Of a stretch of DNA of 33,103 nt, positions 1 through 11,400 are shown in pieces. Position numbers and translations under genes: made by a program. Under the pieces are notes generated by a model, which was given only the letters and a program-made list of their open reading frames with translations, did no database searches and was not told the origin of the DNA. Source of the stretch: a virus (lineage: Duplodnaviria; Caudoviricetes); IMG/VR virus record IMGVR_UViG_3300030098_002236, positions 1 through 33,103 of that record. The stretch is one strand, 5' to 3'. Each line of letters begins with the position of its first letter. The first letter of the stretch is position 1.

Positions 1-306
1 TTACAGTTAAAACAAGCAGAAAAAGATTTTGAAATTCGCATGAAAGAATTAGATGTAGATATATTTAAGCTAGAAGCTGAAGATAAAAAAGATGCTAGAG
101 GTAAATTTAGTAAAGATTGGACAGCTAGAATTATGGGTATTGCTACTGTAGGTGGATTTTTAGGATATATATTTTTAGTAACTTTACAACCACCAGAACA
201 AAATAGTGAAGCACTAATAAATTTAGTTCTTGGATATTTAGGAGGATTAGCAAGTGCAGTTATTTCATTCTATTTTGGAGCATCTAACTCAAGCAAAGGA
301 GACTAA
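1..306 (+). CDS. Holin-like membrane protein, 5'-truncated
   Basis: Frame is open from base 1 (LQLKQAEKDFEIRMKEL...). Two hydrophobic segments (IMGIATVGGFLGYIFLV; LINLVLGYLGGLASAVISFYFG) and a YFG-S-S C-terminus; lies directly upstream of the lysozyme. Confidence 0.7.
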   Translation, partial: LQLKQAEKDFEIRMKELDVDIFKLEAEDKKDARGKFSKDWTARIMGIATVGGFLGYIFLVTLQPPEQNSEALINLVLGYLGGLASAVISFYFGASNSSKGD

Positions 307-307
307 A

Positions 308-751
308 ATGCAAATATCAAATGAAGGTATATCATTAATTAAAAAATTTGAAGGTTGTAAGTTAGAAGCATATTACGATGCCATTGATGTTTTAACGATT
401 GCTTATGGCAGAACTAAAGGAGTTAAAGCTGGTGATACTTGCACTCAAGAACAAGCTGATGCTTGGCTTGAAGAAGAACTACATGAGTATAGTGGATATG
501 TAAATGATGCAGTTAAAGTTGATTTAGAACAAAATCAATTTGATGCTTTAGTAGCATGGACATATAACTTAGGTCCTACTAATCTTAATAACAGTACAAT
601 GTTAAAAAAAATTAATGCAAAAAATTGGGATGAAACTCCTAATCAAATTAAACGCTGGAATAAAGCAGGTGGTAAAGTGTTAGAAGGTTTAGTAAGACGC
701 AGAGAAGCTGAGGCACTTTTATTTCAAGGTAAAGACTGGACAGAGGTATAA
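308..751 (+). CDS. Endolysin, GH24 (phage lysozyme) family
   Basis: MQISNEGISLIKKFEG..LEAYYD..DVLTIAYG (E/D/T triad), QNQFDALV, YNLG, GLVRRREAE. Start reassigned to ATG 308, just after the holin stop. Confidence 0.95.
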   Translation: MQISNEGISLIKKFEGCKLEAYYDAIDVLTIAYGRTKGVKAGDTCTQEQADAWLEEELHEYSGYVNDAVKVDLEQNQFDALVAWTYNLGPTNLNNSTMLKKINAKNWDETPNQIKRWNKAGGKVLEGLVRRREAEALLFQGKDWTEV

Positions 752-2620
752 ATGCCATTTTCTAAATTTGTATTTAAACCAGGCATAAATAAAGAAGGAA
801 CAAACTACTCTAATGAGGGTGGTTGGTTTGATGCAGATAAAGTTAGATTTAGAAAAGGTAGACCTGAAAGAATAGGTGGTTGGGAAAAAAATTCTTTAAA
901 TTCTTTTATTGGAACAGCTAGAAAAATACATACTTATAAAGATGCAGATCAATCTTTATATAATATTATAGGAACACATAAAAAATTATATGTGCAAGAA
1001 GGTACTACCTTTAATGATATTACTCCCATAAGATTAACGACAAGTGCAGGTGATGCAACTTTTTCTGCATCAAATGGTGATGCAACTATAACAGTAACTG
1101 AAAATGGACATGGTGCAGTAAAAGGAGATTTTGTAACTTTTAGTGATGCAGTATCTTTAGGTGGCAATATAACTGCTGCAATACTTAATCAAGAATATGA
1201 AATAGATACAATTATTAATAGTAACTCTTATAAAATAGAAGCAAAAAATTCTAGTGGTGGTGAAATAACAGCAAACTCATCAGATACTGGTAATGGTGGT
1301 TCTAGCACAGTTGCTGCATATCAAATAAATATAGGTTTAGATTTTTATGTTCCTTATAGTGGATTTGGTTCAGGAGCATGGGGATCAGGAACATGGGGTC
1401 AATCTCCAGCTTTATCATTAACAAATCAACTTAGATTATGGAGTATTGATAATTTTGGTGATGATACAATAGCTGCTGCTAGAAATGGCACAATATTTTA
1501 TTGGGATGAATCATCTGGAGTTGAAACAAGAGCAGTATTAGCAAGCAGTAGAGCAGGTGCTAGTAATGTTCCAACATCAGTATTTCAAATAATGATGTCA
1601 GATATTGATCGTCATGTTATTGCATTTGGATGCAATCCTATAGGTTCTTCAACAATAGACCCACTATTAGTACGTTTTTCTGATGCAGAAAGTGCAGTAG
1701 ATTGGACACCTACAGCAACTAATTCAGCAGGTGGTGTACAACTTTCTACAGGCTCTACAATAATAGGAGCTATGCAAACAAGACAAGAAATACTTATTTG
1801 GACAGATGCAGGCATAGTTTCAATGCGTTTTGTTGGAGCACCTTTTATATTTAGTTTTAATGAAGTAGCAACTGGAATGTCTTTAATATCACCTAATGCT
1901 ATGGCAACAGGTGGTAATACAGTCTTCTTTATGGATAATGGAGCTTTTTATCAATATGCAGGTTCTGCACAAAGATTACCATGTTCTGTTTTAGATCATA
2001 TATTTGATGATTTTAATTATTCTCAATCTTTTAAAGTATTTGCTGCATCAATACCACAACATAATGAAATTATATGGTTTTATCCTAGTGCTAGTTCTAC
2101 TGAAGTAGATAAATATATTGCATACAATTATTTAGAGCAATCATGGACAATAGGTACAACTAATGATGGCTTTACTAGAACAGCTTGGAATCCAGCATAT
2201 ATATTAGATAATCCTATAGCTGCTGGAAAATTAGATACTAGTGATAATAATTTTTTATATAATCATGAAGTAGGACATAGTGCTGATGGATTATCATTTA
2301 CAGCTTTTATAGAATCATCAGATTTTGATTTAGACCCAGATGGTGAAAATTTTATGTTTATATCTAAACTTATACCAGACCTTGAATACAGAGGATCAGA
2401 TGATACAGCTAATACTGTAAATTTTGTAATTAAAGGTAGAGATTATCCATTACAAAATTTATCTACATTACAAACAGTTGCTGTTACTCCTAACTCTACA
2501 TTTACAAATACTAGAGCAAGAAGTAGGCAAAGTGCTATCAGAATAGAAAATACAGCAGATAACTTTGGATGGCGATTAGGAGATTTAAGATTAGAACTTA
2601 GACAGGATGGCAAACGATAA
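752..2620 (+). CDS. Tail/head-completion protein (P22 gp10-like packaged-DNA stabilisation or tail tubular protein)
   Basis: 622 aa, beta-rich. PGINKEGT..GGWFDADKVRFRKG N-terminus, HG...GDFVTF insert, WRLGD-R-D-R C-terminus; sits before the ejection genes. Confidence 0.7.
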   Translation: MPFSKFVFKPGINKEGTNYSNEGGWFDADKVRFRKGRPERIGGWEKNSLNSFIGTARKIHTYKDADQSLYNIIGTHKKLYVQEGTTFNDITPIRLTTSAGDATFSASNGDATITVTENGHGAVKGDFVTFSDAVSLGGNITAAILNQEYEIDTIINSNSYKIEAKNSSGGEITANSSDTGNGGSSTVAAYQINIGLDFYVPYSGFGSGAWGSGTWGQSPALSLTNQLRLWSIDNFGDDTIAAARNGTIFYWDESSGVETRAVLASSRAGASNVPTSVFQIMMSDIDRHVIAFGCNPIGSSTIDPLLVRFSDAESAVDWTPTATNSAGGVQLSTGSTIIGAMQTRQEILIWTDAGIVSMRFVGAPFIFSFNEVATGMSLISPNAMATGGNTVFFMDNGAFYQYAGSAQRLPCSVLDHIFDDFNYSQSFKVFAASIPQHNEIIWFYPSASSTEVDKYIAYNYLEQSWTIGTTNDGFTRTAWNPAYILDNPIAAGKLDTSDNNFLYNHEVGHSADGLSFTAFIESSDFDLDPDGENFMFISKLIPDLEYRGSDDTANTVNFVIKGRDYPLQNLSTLQTVAVTPNSTFTNTRARSRQSAIRIENTADNFGWRLGDLRLELRQDGKR

Positions 2621-2823
2621 TGGCAGAAAAATCAACAATACCACTACCTATTGCTAATATAGAATATGATGAAGTTAATGAAACAGTTACAAGAAGAACT
2701 ATTGAACAAGCATTTCAAGATATTAACTCTGAAATAGGAACATTAAAAACAATGCAACAATCAGGTGTTAGCAAAGCCATACGCAAACATCAATTTTTAT
2801 TAATGGGTGTAAAACATGGCTGA
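2620..2823 (+). CDS. Small virion-associated coiled-coil protein
   Basis: 67 aa, start overlaps the upstream stop (TAATG), inside the structural operon. Confidence 0.6.
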   Translation: MAEKSTIPLPIANIEYDEVNETVTRRTIEQAFQDINSEIGTLKTMQQSGVSKAIRKHQFLLMGVKHG

Positions 2824-3154
2824 TAGTTTAAAAGTATTAGGACAGTTAGACCCAGCAGCTACTACAACAACTGTGCTTTATACAGTGCCTGATAAAACAC
2901 AAACAACAATAAGTTCTATAGTTGCAGCTAATAGAACAGGCTCTGCAATAACATTTAGATTAAGTGCTCATGTAGCAGGAGCAGGTGCAGACGATAAACA
3001 ATTTTTATTTTATGATAAATCTGTAGCAGCTAATGATTCATTTGCTATTGTTATTGGCATAACATTAAATCAAGCAGATGTTTTAAAAGTTTATACAAGT
3101 GCAGTAGATATGAGTTTTAACGTATTTGGTTGCGAAACCTTAGAGGAAAGATAA
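2816..3154 (+). CDS. Hypothetical virion protein
   Basis: 112 aa beta-rich protein (LYTVP...TTISSIVAAN...ITLNQADVL) of a type common in phage tail regions. Confidence 0.6.
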   Translation: MADSLKVLGQLDPAATTTTVLYTVPDKTQTTISSIVAANRTGSAITFRLSAHVAGAGADDKQFLFYDKSVAANDSFAIVIGITLNQADVLKVYTSAVDMSFNVFGCETLEER

Positions 3155-3157
3155 ATA

Positions 3158-5320
3158 ATGGATATAAAACAACAAACTAAAAACGTAGCATCACAAGGTC
3201 GTTATGGCGACTCTATGCTTTTGCACGTTAATCCAGCAGAAGTAAAAGGGCTAGCACAAGCCTTGCCTATAACAATTAATCCACAAACAGGACAGCCAGA
3301 AGCCTTCTTACCTTTTCTTGCACCAGTATTAGGTTCTATAGCAGGTGGTACATTATTAGCAGGTGCTACAGGTAGTGCGTTATTAGGTTCTGCTATAGGT
3401 TCTGGTCTAGCACAATATGCCGTAACAGGCGATCTTAAAAAAGGTTTATTAGCTGGTTTAACAGGATATGGTATTGGTACTGCATTACAAGGTGCAGGAG
3501 CAGCAGCACAAGGTACAGAAGCAGCTACAGCAGCAGCAGATAAAGTTACTAATGTAGCAACAACAGCAGCTACTGATTCAATAAGAGCATCCGCAGACCC
3601 AACTTTATTTCAAGCAGCAGTATCAGACCCTGTTTTAGGAGTTATGCCTGAAGGTCTTACAGCAGCAGGGCAAGAAGCAGTTGATTTATATGTTCCAAAA
3701 GCATTAGCTGCATCACAAGATACAATAGCACAAGCTGCAAAAACAGGTGTTGGAATACCAGGAACAGAAAGTTTTATACCTGGTTCAGAACAATATTTAG
3801 CTGCTGATCCTACTCTAGGACAAGCATTTACAGATGCAGGTGGATTTAGTATGGAAGGTGGTAAAAATATATTAACTGGCTTAACAAAACCAGGAGCTTA
3901 TATACCAGCATCAATAGGTATGGGTGGTACATCTATTATGGAATCACAAGAAGCATTTGAAAATATGCTTGCAAGAAGTGCTAGAGAGCAAGAAGAAGAA
4001 AGACAAAGGATAATAGCTGAAAATCCAGAAATGATACCTATAGCTACAGGTGGCATTACTAAAATGCAAGAAGGTGGTGATACTAGTATAGGTGAAGAAG
4101 AATATAATCAAGTTGCAGATAAAACAAATATTTATGATGGAACTTATAATCCTTATAATCCTTTTAATATAGGTAGCTATAGAGATACAGGATATGTGCA
4201 AAAAAGAGAAGCAGCACCTATAGACCCATATTTTATGCCAGGATTTCAAGGTGAAGCTACATACTTTACTAACTTAAATCCTAGTGCTACAGACATAACT
4301 AGTGGTGAAGCACCAGTTTTAGATACATCAGCAGGACAAGCACCCTCTCCTATGCCTAGAAGATTTGATCCTACACAAACTGTGGGTTATCAAAATTTCT
4401 ACGGAGATCAAGCACAAGATATAGTTCCACAAGTAGTTGATCCATATGCACCAGTGCAGTTTGAACAAGCACCTCCACCAGTATTAAATCAACCAAGACC
4501 TTTTCCAATAATGCCTATAGCAGGACCTCCTACTCAATTAGAAGATTCAGTAGAACCAATGCCTAGTAATCCAGGTATGGGTGATATAGGTAATTTAGTT
4601 CCTGGTGATCCAACTCCTAAAGCTACGGCAAAACCAACAACTCCAGAAGAAAGCGTAGATATAGCTAATTTTGTAAGTCCTAACTTACAAAATATGCCAC
4701 TTTTAGATTTTAGTAATCTACCCCCTGTAGATATAAATAAGTTACCAAACTTTGATTTTAGAAAAAAAGGTAAACAAACAGATATAGAAGTAGATAAACT
4801 TCCAGAAAATCTTCAAAAAATGTATGAATCTGGACCAAAAGGTAGAGAAGGTGTTGCTAAGATTGCTGCTGCAACCAATAAATTTCAAGCAGGTGGACCT
4901 ACTGAAATTATGCAAGACCCTTTAACTGCACAGTTAATACAGTTTTTAATGGGTGAAATACAAGACGATACTATTGTTGGAGACTTTATTAATAAATATG
5001 GTAATGAAGTATTTATGCAAGTAAGAGAACAAGTATTACAAAGTATAGTTCCTGGATCACAAACTCAAGGTCAGATACAAGGTATGGCTAATGGTGGTAT
5101 GCAAGATGATGTAACTGGAATGATAGGTGCAACACAACCAGTAGCTGTATCACAAGATGAATACATAATACCAGCAGATGCTATGTCTATGCTTGGTGAT
5201 GGCAGTTCAGATGCAGGTGCTAAAAAATTAGATGCAATGCTTGATAGGATTCGCATGACTAAAACAGGAACAACCAAACAAGCTAAAGAAATTGATGATA
5301 GCAAGGTAATGCCAGCATGA
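3158..5320 (+). CDS. Putative internal virion / DNA-ejection protein
   Basis: GRYGDSMLLHVNPAE..INPQTG.PE N-terminus, Gly/Ala-rich hydrophobic stretch, Pro-rich linker, C-terminal EYIIPAD..LGDGSSDAGAKKL. Confidence 0.65.
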   Translation: MDIKQQTKNVASQGRYGDSMLLHVNPAEVKGLAQALPITINPQTGQPEAFLPFLAPVLGSIAGGTLLAGATGSALLGSAIGSGLAQYAVTGDLKKGLLAGLTGYGIGTALQGAGAAAQGTEAATAAADKVTNVATTAATDSIRASADPTLFQAAVSDPVLGVMPEGLTAAGQEAVDLYVPKALAASQDTIAQAAKTGVGIPGTESFIPGSEQYLAADPTLGQAFTDAGGFSMEGGKNILTGLTKPGAYIPASIGMGGTSIMESQEAFENMLARSAREQEEERQRIIAENPEMIPIATGGITKMQEGGDTSIGEEEYNQVADKTNIYDGTYNPYNPFNIGSYRDTGYVQKREAAPIDPYFMPGFQGEATYFTNLNPSATDITSGEAPVLDTSAGQAPSPMPRRFDPTQTVGYQNFYGDQAQDIVPQVVDPYAPVQFEQAPPPVLNQPRPFPIMPIAGPPTQLEDSVEPMPSNPGMGDIGNLVPGDPTPKATAKPTTPEESVDIANFVSPNLQNMPLLDFSNLPPVDINKLPNFDFRKKGKQTDIEVDKLPENLQKMYESGPKGREGVAKIAAATNKFQAGGPTEIMQDPLTAQLIQFLMGEIQDDTIVGDFINKYGNEVFMQVREQVLQSIVPGSQTQGQIQGMANGGMQDDVTGMIGATQPVAVSQDEYIIPADAMSMLGDGSSDAGAKKLDAMLDRIRMTKTGTTKQAKEIDDSKVMPA

Positions 5321-5781
5321 ATGAAACAGCACAAAAACTAGAACAAGATATTGATATATCGTTAGTTTTACCTGGACAAGTAAGTATGATCTGGGATAAA
5401 TGCGAAAAAATATTATTGCGTTCTTGCAAAAGGTCTGGTGGCAGAATAAATCCAAAAGATATTTATGCTAGATGTATTGAAAACAGAAGCAGTCTTTGGA
5501 TTATATTTGAAACAGATACTTTAAATATTATAGGTTGTGGTGTAACACAACTACACGATTATCCAAGTGGTTTGCGTATGTTAAATCTAGAACATTTAGC
5601 TGGTAAACAATATTCAGAATGGGTCGATAAAGGTTTTGATACCCTATACAAATGGGCAAAAGACAATAAATGTGATGGTATAGAAGCATTAGGCAGACCA
5701 GGATTTTGGAACTGGATAAAGAAAGAAAAGGGCTGGAAGGAAACTTCTAGATTTTATGAACTTAAATTTGACAAGGATTAA
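5317..5781 (+). CDS. Putative GNAT-fold virion-associated protein
   Basis: 154 aa with LAG...W...AK...C..IE..GR.G.W pattern, located between ejection genes. Confidence 0.5.
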   Translation: MNETAQKLEQDIDISLVLPGQVSMIWDKCEKILLRSCKRSGGRINPKDIYARCIENRSSLWIIFETDTLNIIGCGVTQLHDYPSGLRMLNLEHLAGKQYSEWVDKGFDTLYKWAKDNKCDGIEALGRPGFWNWIKKEKGWKETSRFYELKFDKD

Positions 5782-5783
5782 TT

Positions 5784-7136
5784 ATGGGCGGAGGAAGTGG
5801 AGGAAGTAGTGCACCTACTGAACAAACAGTCTACAGTGAATCGTTACCACCTTATGTAGAGCCGTATTTTAAACGACTATTACAAAGAACTGAGGGAGAG
5901 TCTTTACAAGACTATACACCTTATGGTGGGCAAAGATTAGCGTATTTTTCACCAGATGAAAGAAAAGCTCAAGCTATGACTAGAGGTTATGCTCAAGCAG
6001 GCACACCTCAAGAATTTAGTCAAGCACAACAAATGCTTACTGGTTTAACAAAACCATACACAGCAGGTTATCAAGTTGGTACTGGACCACAAACATATAA
6101 AGCAGGTACATTAGGTTCATCACAGTATGCTGCTGGTACGTTTGATGCAGGATATGACCCATCTATGAGAGCATCTGGTTATACAGCTACAGCACCAACA
6201 GAACAATATCAACCTTTAGGTTTTGAACAAAATTTACAAAGGTTTATGTCTCCTTATCAACAGAATGTTATTGATATACAAAAAAGAGAAGCTAGAAGAC
6301 AATCAGATATTACAGGTGAACAGATTGGATCACAGGCTGCACAAGCTGGTGGTTTAGGTGGATATCGTGAAGCTATCTTACAAGCAGAACGTGAAAGAAA
6401 TCTAGGACAACAACTTGGTGATATTCAAGCTATGGGTTCTCAACAAGCATATCAACAAGCAGTTCAACAAATAGGTGCAGAAAGAGCAGCAGATTTACAA
6501 GCTGCACAATTTGGTCTACAACAATTTGGATTAGGTGAACAAGCTGCACAAAGACAAGAGCAACTTGCACAACAAGCATTTGCATTTGGAGAACAAGCTA
6601 AACAACAAGCAGCTAAACTTGGTCTTACTGCTCAACAACAAGAAGAAGCAGCTAGACAAGCACAAGAGAAGTTTAGACAAACTAGATTTCAAGCAGATCA
6701 ACAGGCTTTACAAGCTCAAGGTCAACAAGCTCTTGCAAAATTTCAAGCACAAGAAGCTGCACGACAAGCACAAGAAAGATTTGGGCAATCAGCTTATGAC
6801 TTATCACAACGATATGGACAGTCTGCTGCTCAACAACTTGCAGGTCTTGGTCAAGCTAGACAAGCAGATGTACAACAGAGAATTGCTGCATTAACAGGCA
6901 TTGGTTCTCAACAAAGAGCATTACGTCAAGCTGGACTTGATCTTGGATATGAAGACTTTTTACGTCAACAACAATATCCACAACAACAACTTGGTTTCTA
7001 TAGTAATATACTAAGAGGTGTGCCAGTTCAACCACAAAGAACTGTTAGCACATACACACAGCAACCTGGATTATTTCAACAAACTTTAGGACTTGGGCTT
7101 AGTGGTCTAGGTTTATATAAAGGCTTACAGGGATAA
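5784..7136 (+). CDS. Gln/Ala-rich DNA-transfer (pilot/ejection) protein
   Basis: MGGGSGG start, LPPYVEPY, FMSPYQQNVID, long Q/A-rich helical repeats, Gly-rich hydrophobic C-terminus. Confidence 0.7.
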   Translation: MGGGSGGSSAPTEQTVYSESLPPYVEPYFKRLLQRTEGESLQDYTPYGGQRLAYFSPDERKAQAMTRGYAQAGTPQEFSQAQQMLTGLTKPYTAGYQVGTGPQTYKAGTLGSSQYAAGTFDAGYDPSMRASGYTATAPTEQYQPLGFEQNLQRFMSPYQQNVIDIQKREARRQSDITGEQIGSQAAQAGGLGGYREAILQAERERNLGQQLGDIQAMGSQQAYQQAVQQIGAERAADLQAAQFGLQQFGLGEQAAQRQEQLAQQAFAFGEQAKQQAAKLGLTAQQQEEAARQAQEKFRQTRFQADQQALQAQGQQALAKFQAQEAARQAQERFGQSAYDLSQRYGQSAAQQLAGLGQARQADVQQRIAALTGIGSQQRALRQAGLDLGYEDFLRQQQYPQQQLGFYSNILRGVPVQPQRTVSTYTQQPGLFQQTLGLGLSGLGLYKGLQG

Positions 7137-7142
7137 CATATT

Positions 7143-8492
7143 ATGAGTTTAGTAGATAGAGCAAATGAATTAGAGTATGTTCCAGAAGAACAACTTATAC
7201 AAATGTCTCAGAGTCCTGAAGGGCAATATCCACAATTTTTAGTTTTATCTGAAATACAAAGACGCAATCAAATGAGGCGTATGTATGAAAATCAGACAGC
7301 TAAAATGAATCAACCTACCACAACTGTTGCAGAAGAATCAGTTATGGAGTTAGCTGGTCAAGGTGCTGTACCCATGATGGATTCGCTTTCATCTCTCTCA
7401 TCATCAGAAGGTGGTCTTAGGAGTATAGCACCGACCCCCATGAAGTCTGGTGGAATAACACAAATGCAATCTGGGGGTATTCTAGGAATATCAGGAGATA
7501 GTTTGTCACAAAGTTTTATAAATCCTATGGAACAGCAAATATCTAATCAAGAATTGCAAAGAACACAATCAATTTTAGATATGTTGCCTAGAAATGAAGA
7601 TGGCAGTATTGATAAAAGTGAAATAGCAAAAGCAGTAGGCAGTGGTCTTTTAACAGCAAGTGCTGTTGCAGCAATACTTATACCTGAACCAACATCATCT
7701 GCATTAGGTACTGCTAGATTAGCAAGTACAGGTCTTGGTAAAAATTTATTTCAACTTCCAGGAAAAATAAAATCTGGATTACAAAGTTTTATGGGCAAAA
7801 GAGCATTAAGTAAAGACCCTACAAAAAGATTTGGACCTAAAAATACTCAAGGATTAAAACCATTACAAACTACAAAACAAGTAGGTCAACAAGAAATTAA
7901 AAATTTAAAAATACCAACAAGATTAACTGGTCTTGGAGGTTTAGCTGTTGTTGGAAGTATGGTAGGTGATGGTGAAGATGAAACAAAACCACCCAGTAAT
8001 ACTAGTTTAACAGATGCAGAAAAACGTGCAGCATCTTCTTTACAAGATTTACAAAAATTATTAGATAAACCAACTGATACAACTACTACAGAAAAACAAG
8101 GTTTTGCATCAGATGATTTCTTAACACTTGCACAACTTGGTGGGATTTTAGGTGGTGCAACTAATCTTGGTGAAGCTGCTATGGGTATTGGTAATTTAGC
8201 AGGACAAATACAAACAACTAGACGTGAAGGTAAATTAGAAGGTCTACAAGGAAGAGTCCTTGCAGCACAAGCTGCTAAATATGAAGCTGATATTGCTAAT
8301 ATGAAACCAACACAAATAAATGCTCAATTACAGACAATAGAAAATTTAATACAAGCTGCAATAGATTCAGGCAATCAAGATGAAGTTTCTGAATTATTTT
8401 TATATCAACAATTATTAAATAAAAGACTTTTAGAACTTCAAGGCATTGATATACCTGAAAGTGGTTCTTACGAAAAATATAAAACAGCATAA
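7143..8492 (+). CDS. Putative DNA-ejection protein
   Basis: 449 aa, MKSGG/MQSGG motifs, IPEPTSSALG segment, position before the giant internal protein. Confidence 0.55.
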   Translation: MSLVDRANELEYVPEEQLIQMSQSPEGQYPQFLVLSEIQRRNQMRRMYENQTAKMNQPTTTVAEESVMELAGQGAVPMMDSLSSLSSSEGGLRSIAPTPMKSGGITQMQSGGILGISGDSLSQSFINPMEQQISNQELQRTQSILDMLPRNEDGSIDKSEIAKAVGSGLLTASAVAAILIPEPTSSALGTARLASTGLGKNLFQLPGKIKSGLQSFMGKRALSKDPTKRFGPKNTQGLKPLQTTKQVGQQEIKNLKIPTRLTGLGGLAVVGSMVGDGEDETKPPSNTSLTDAEKRAASSLQDLQKLLDKPTDTTTTEKQGFASDDFLTLAQLGGILGGATNLGEAAMGIGNLAGQIQTTRREGKLEGLQGRVLAAQAAKYEADIANMKPTQINAQLQTIENLIQAAIDSGNQDEVSELFLYQQLLNKRLLELQGIDIPESGSYEKYKTA

Positions 8493-11400
8493 ATGGAAAA
8501 AATAAATATACCTCGATATGGTGTAATTAGTCTTCCAGACAACATTGATCCAGTTGAAAGAGCACAAATAGCTGCTGATATTAAAAAAGATTTTGGCATT
8601 GATATAAATCAAACTACTATATTAGGTAGAGCAGCAGAGTTACCCAAAGGAATAGCCAGAGGTGCTATAGGTTTAGCAACTGATGTTCCATTAGGTATTG
8701 CATCTGTATTTGATGTTGGTAATGACGGAAAAATTGTTAAAGGCTTACAAGGATTTAAAAAGAAAGTAAGAGAAGAATCTCCATTAGCTGCTGAACCAGG
8801 ATATGAAGATTTGTGGACTACCAAACTTAGTGAAGGATTAGGATCATTTGTACCTTTTCTTGGTGCAGGTCTTGCAGGTCGAGCATTAACTCAAGCTCCA
8901 AAACCATTTTTTAGTAAAGGTTATTTTAAAACCCCAGAATTTACTTTACCTGCTGCATTAGCAGTACCCACTGGTGTTGCACAGCAAGCTGATAGAGTGC
9001 AGATGGCTAGAGAAATGGGTGAAGATGTTGGAGGTATCTCTGAAACAGTAGCAGAGTTATTAGGTGGTGTCATAGGCATATCAGAAGTATTACCTATTGG
9101 TGCATTATTAGCTAGAACATCTAAGACTGCATTAAAAGATTATGCACTTAGAGATAAAATTAGATCAGCTTTAATACAAGGTACACAAGAAGGTGCACAA
9201 GAAGTATTTGCTAGTCTTTCACAAGACCTTATAGCTAGAGGTTTATACAGTGATGAACTACCAATAGGTGAAAGTTTAGCTGATGAATTTACCATTGGTG
9301 GTGTTATTGGTGCAGGTGCTGATCTTGTTGTTAATAGTTTTGCTGGTCGTAGAGGTATTGGCAATGAAAATTTAAAACAAAGAGAAGCACAGTTAAGACA
9401 AAATAGAATACAGCTACAAGATGAAAAACGATTTGATAAAGCTGTAGAGCAAGGTTTAGTAGAAGAAATACAACCAGTAGAAGTTAAAGATAAGCCAGAT
9501 ATACCTATACCTGTAGGTGAAATACAACCATTACCAAACTTTGAGATTATTCAAGATACTCAAGGTAACTTTAATTTACTTGATACAAGCAAAGAAGGTA
9601 GTCCTGTTCTTAAAACATTTGAAGCAGAAGCAGAAGCTATCGTTGCTAAAGAAAAAGAACTTAATAAGTTAAGAGTAAAAAATCTTAAAATAGATATTGA
9701 AAATGCCCTATACAATCAAGGACTTATTAATAGTTCTTCTGGTTTTGATTTAGGTGTAACTCTATTAGACCCTAATAGTATTCAATTAAACCCTCAATCA
9801 ATATTAAACTTTGATTCAAAAGTTAAAAAAGTAGATCGTAAAGATATTGAATCTTATTTTACTAAAAAGAAAGTTGATTTAAAACCAACATATACAATGC
9901 AAGAAGTAAGAAAAATTCTTGCACCTAAAGACCTCAATAGATTGCAGTCAGATATGGCTCAACAAATATTTAGACAATCTGAAAAACGAGGCGAACCATC
10001 CATTCGTGATGATAAATCCCAAGTTAATGTAAACAATAAATATATTAAAGAAATAGCAGCATCTAAGAATATTGAATTAGATTTCAAAGACCCTGCTGTT
10101 CAACACTTTACCAGAGAAGTTACTGGTTATGATGATATATCCAAAGTAAAAAATCGTGGTGCAAAAGAATTATTTTTAGCACGTTTACATTCTCTACCTA
10201 AGTTTAATTTCAAAACAAAACTCCCAGACTTTAGACCAAGACAATATTCAGCAGAAGATATGGCTAACTTTGTAGCTAATATGGGTATTAACAATACTGA
10301 GTTCTCTGTTGCTGATCTACTTAAAGCTGGTCCTACAGCAGGAAACAAACCTGCAACGGAACAATTTGTAAGAGATTTAACAACCAGTGGTAGAGCTAAT
10401 AAAGTTGAAGGCACTAACAAATATAAAATAAATAAAAACTACGAGTTTGAAGTAGCTAGGAAAGCAGAAGGATTTAATGAAACACCAGAAGAGTTTGGTG
10501 AAAGACTTGTAAGAGAAGGTGTATTACCTCAAGAGACTATTGACCAGTTAATTGAGGCTGAGAAGGTGCGTCAAGAAAAATATTTACCACCGAAAGAAGT
10601 AGCTCCAAAAATGATTAACTTTGCACAATCTGTAGAAGAAGGCAGAGTTAATAAATTTGCACAAGAAGCTAGAAAAATACTAGATAAAGCAGGTCTTAAA
10701 GAAACTGGTGTAATTATTAGTGATGAGATTCTATCTACTGAGGGTTTAATAGAAACTCCTGATGGAGTTATTAAAAGAGACCCTAGAGCATATAGGGATG
10801 AAACAAGTTTTTCAGAAGGAGAATATGATAGAAATACAGACATAGTATTTGTTTCTTTAAATGCAGTAAATCCAGATGGTCTAGCTACTGATGCTGAGAT
10901 ACAACAACGTATTAATAGAATCATTGACCATGAAATGATTCATGCACTTAGGGCTAAAGATTTAATTAACGAACAAGAATATCAATATTTACGACAAGAA
11001 GTAAAACGCAGAAAAGTGCCAGAGTCTGTAGATGCAGAGGCATTTGCTAAAAATAAAACTTATTATCAACGTAGCATAGATTTAAATGAAAGAACTCTTC
11101 AAGGTAGAAATGTTGGTAAAGATGGAGCAGAAGAATTTTATGTAGAAGAAGCTATTGCTGAACTATATCGTAATAGATTCTCTCAACCAGCTATTCCAAA
11201 GAAAGCTGAAACTATATTTGAAAAGATTACACAGTTCTTTAAGTCTCTTGGTCAAGCATTTAGACGTTCTGGATTTGACAAGTCAAGCGATATATTTAGA
11301 GCAATAGAAGAAGGCGAAGTTGGTAAAAGACAACGTGGTGAAATAAGAACATTACGAGAAATAGATCGTGTGCCTCTTGCTGATGAACTACAACCTATTG

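Noticed and set aside
5784-7136. CAA/GCA-rich repeats as a DNA repeat element
   Set aside because: Explained by Gln/Ala-rich coding.
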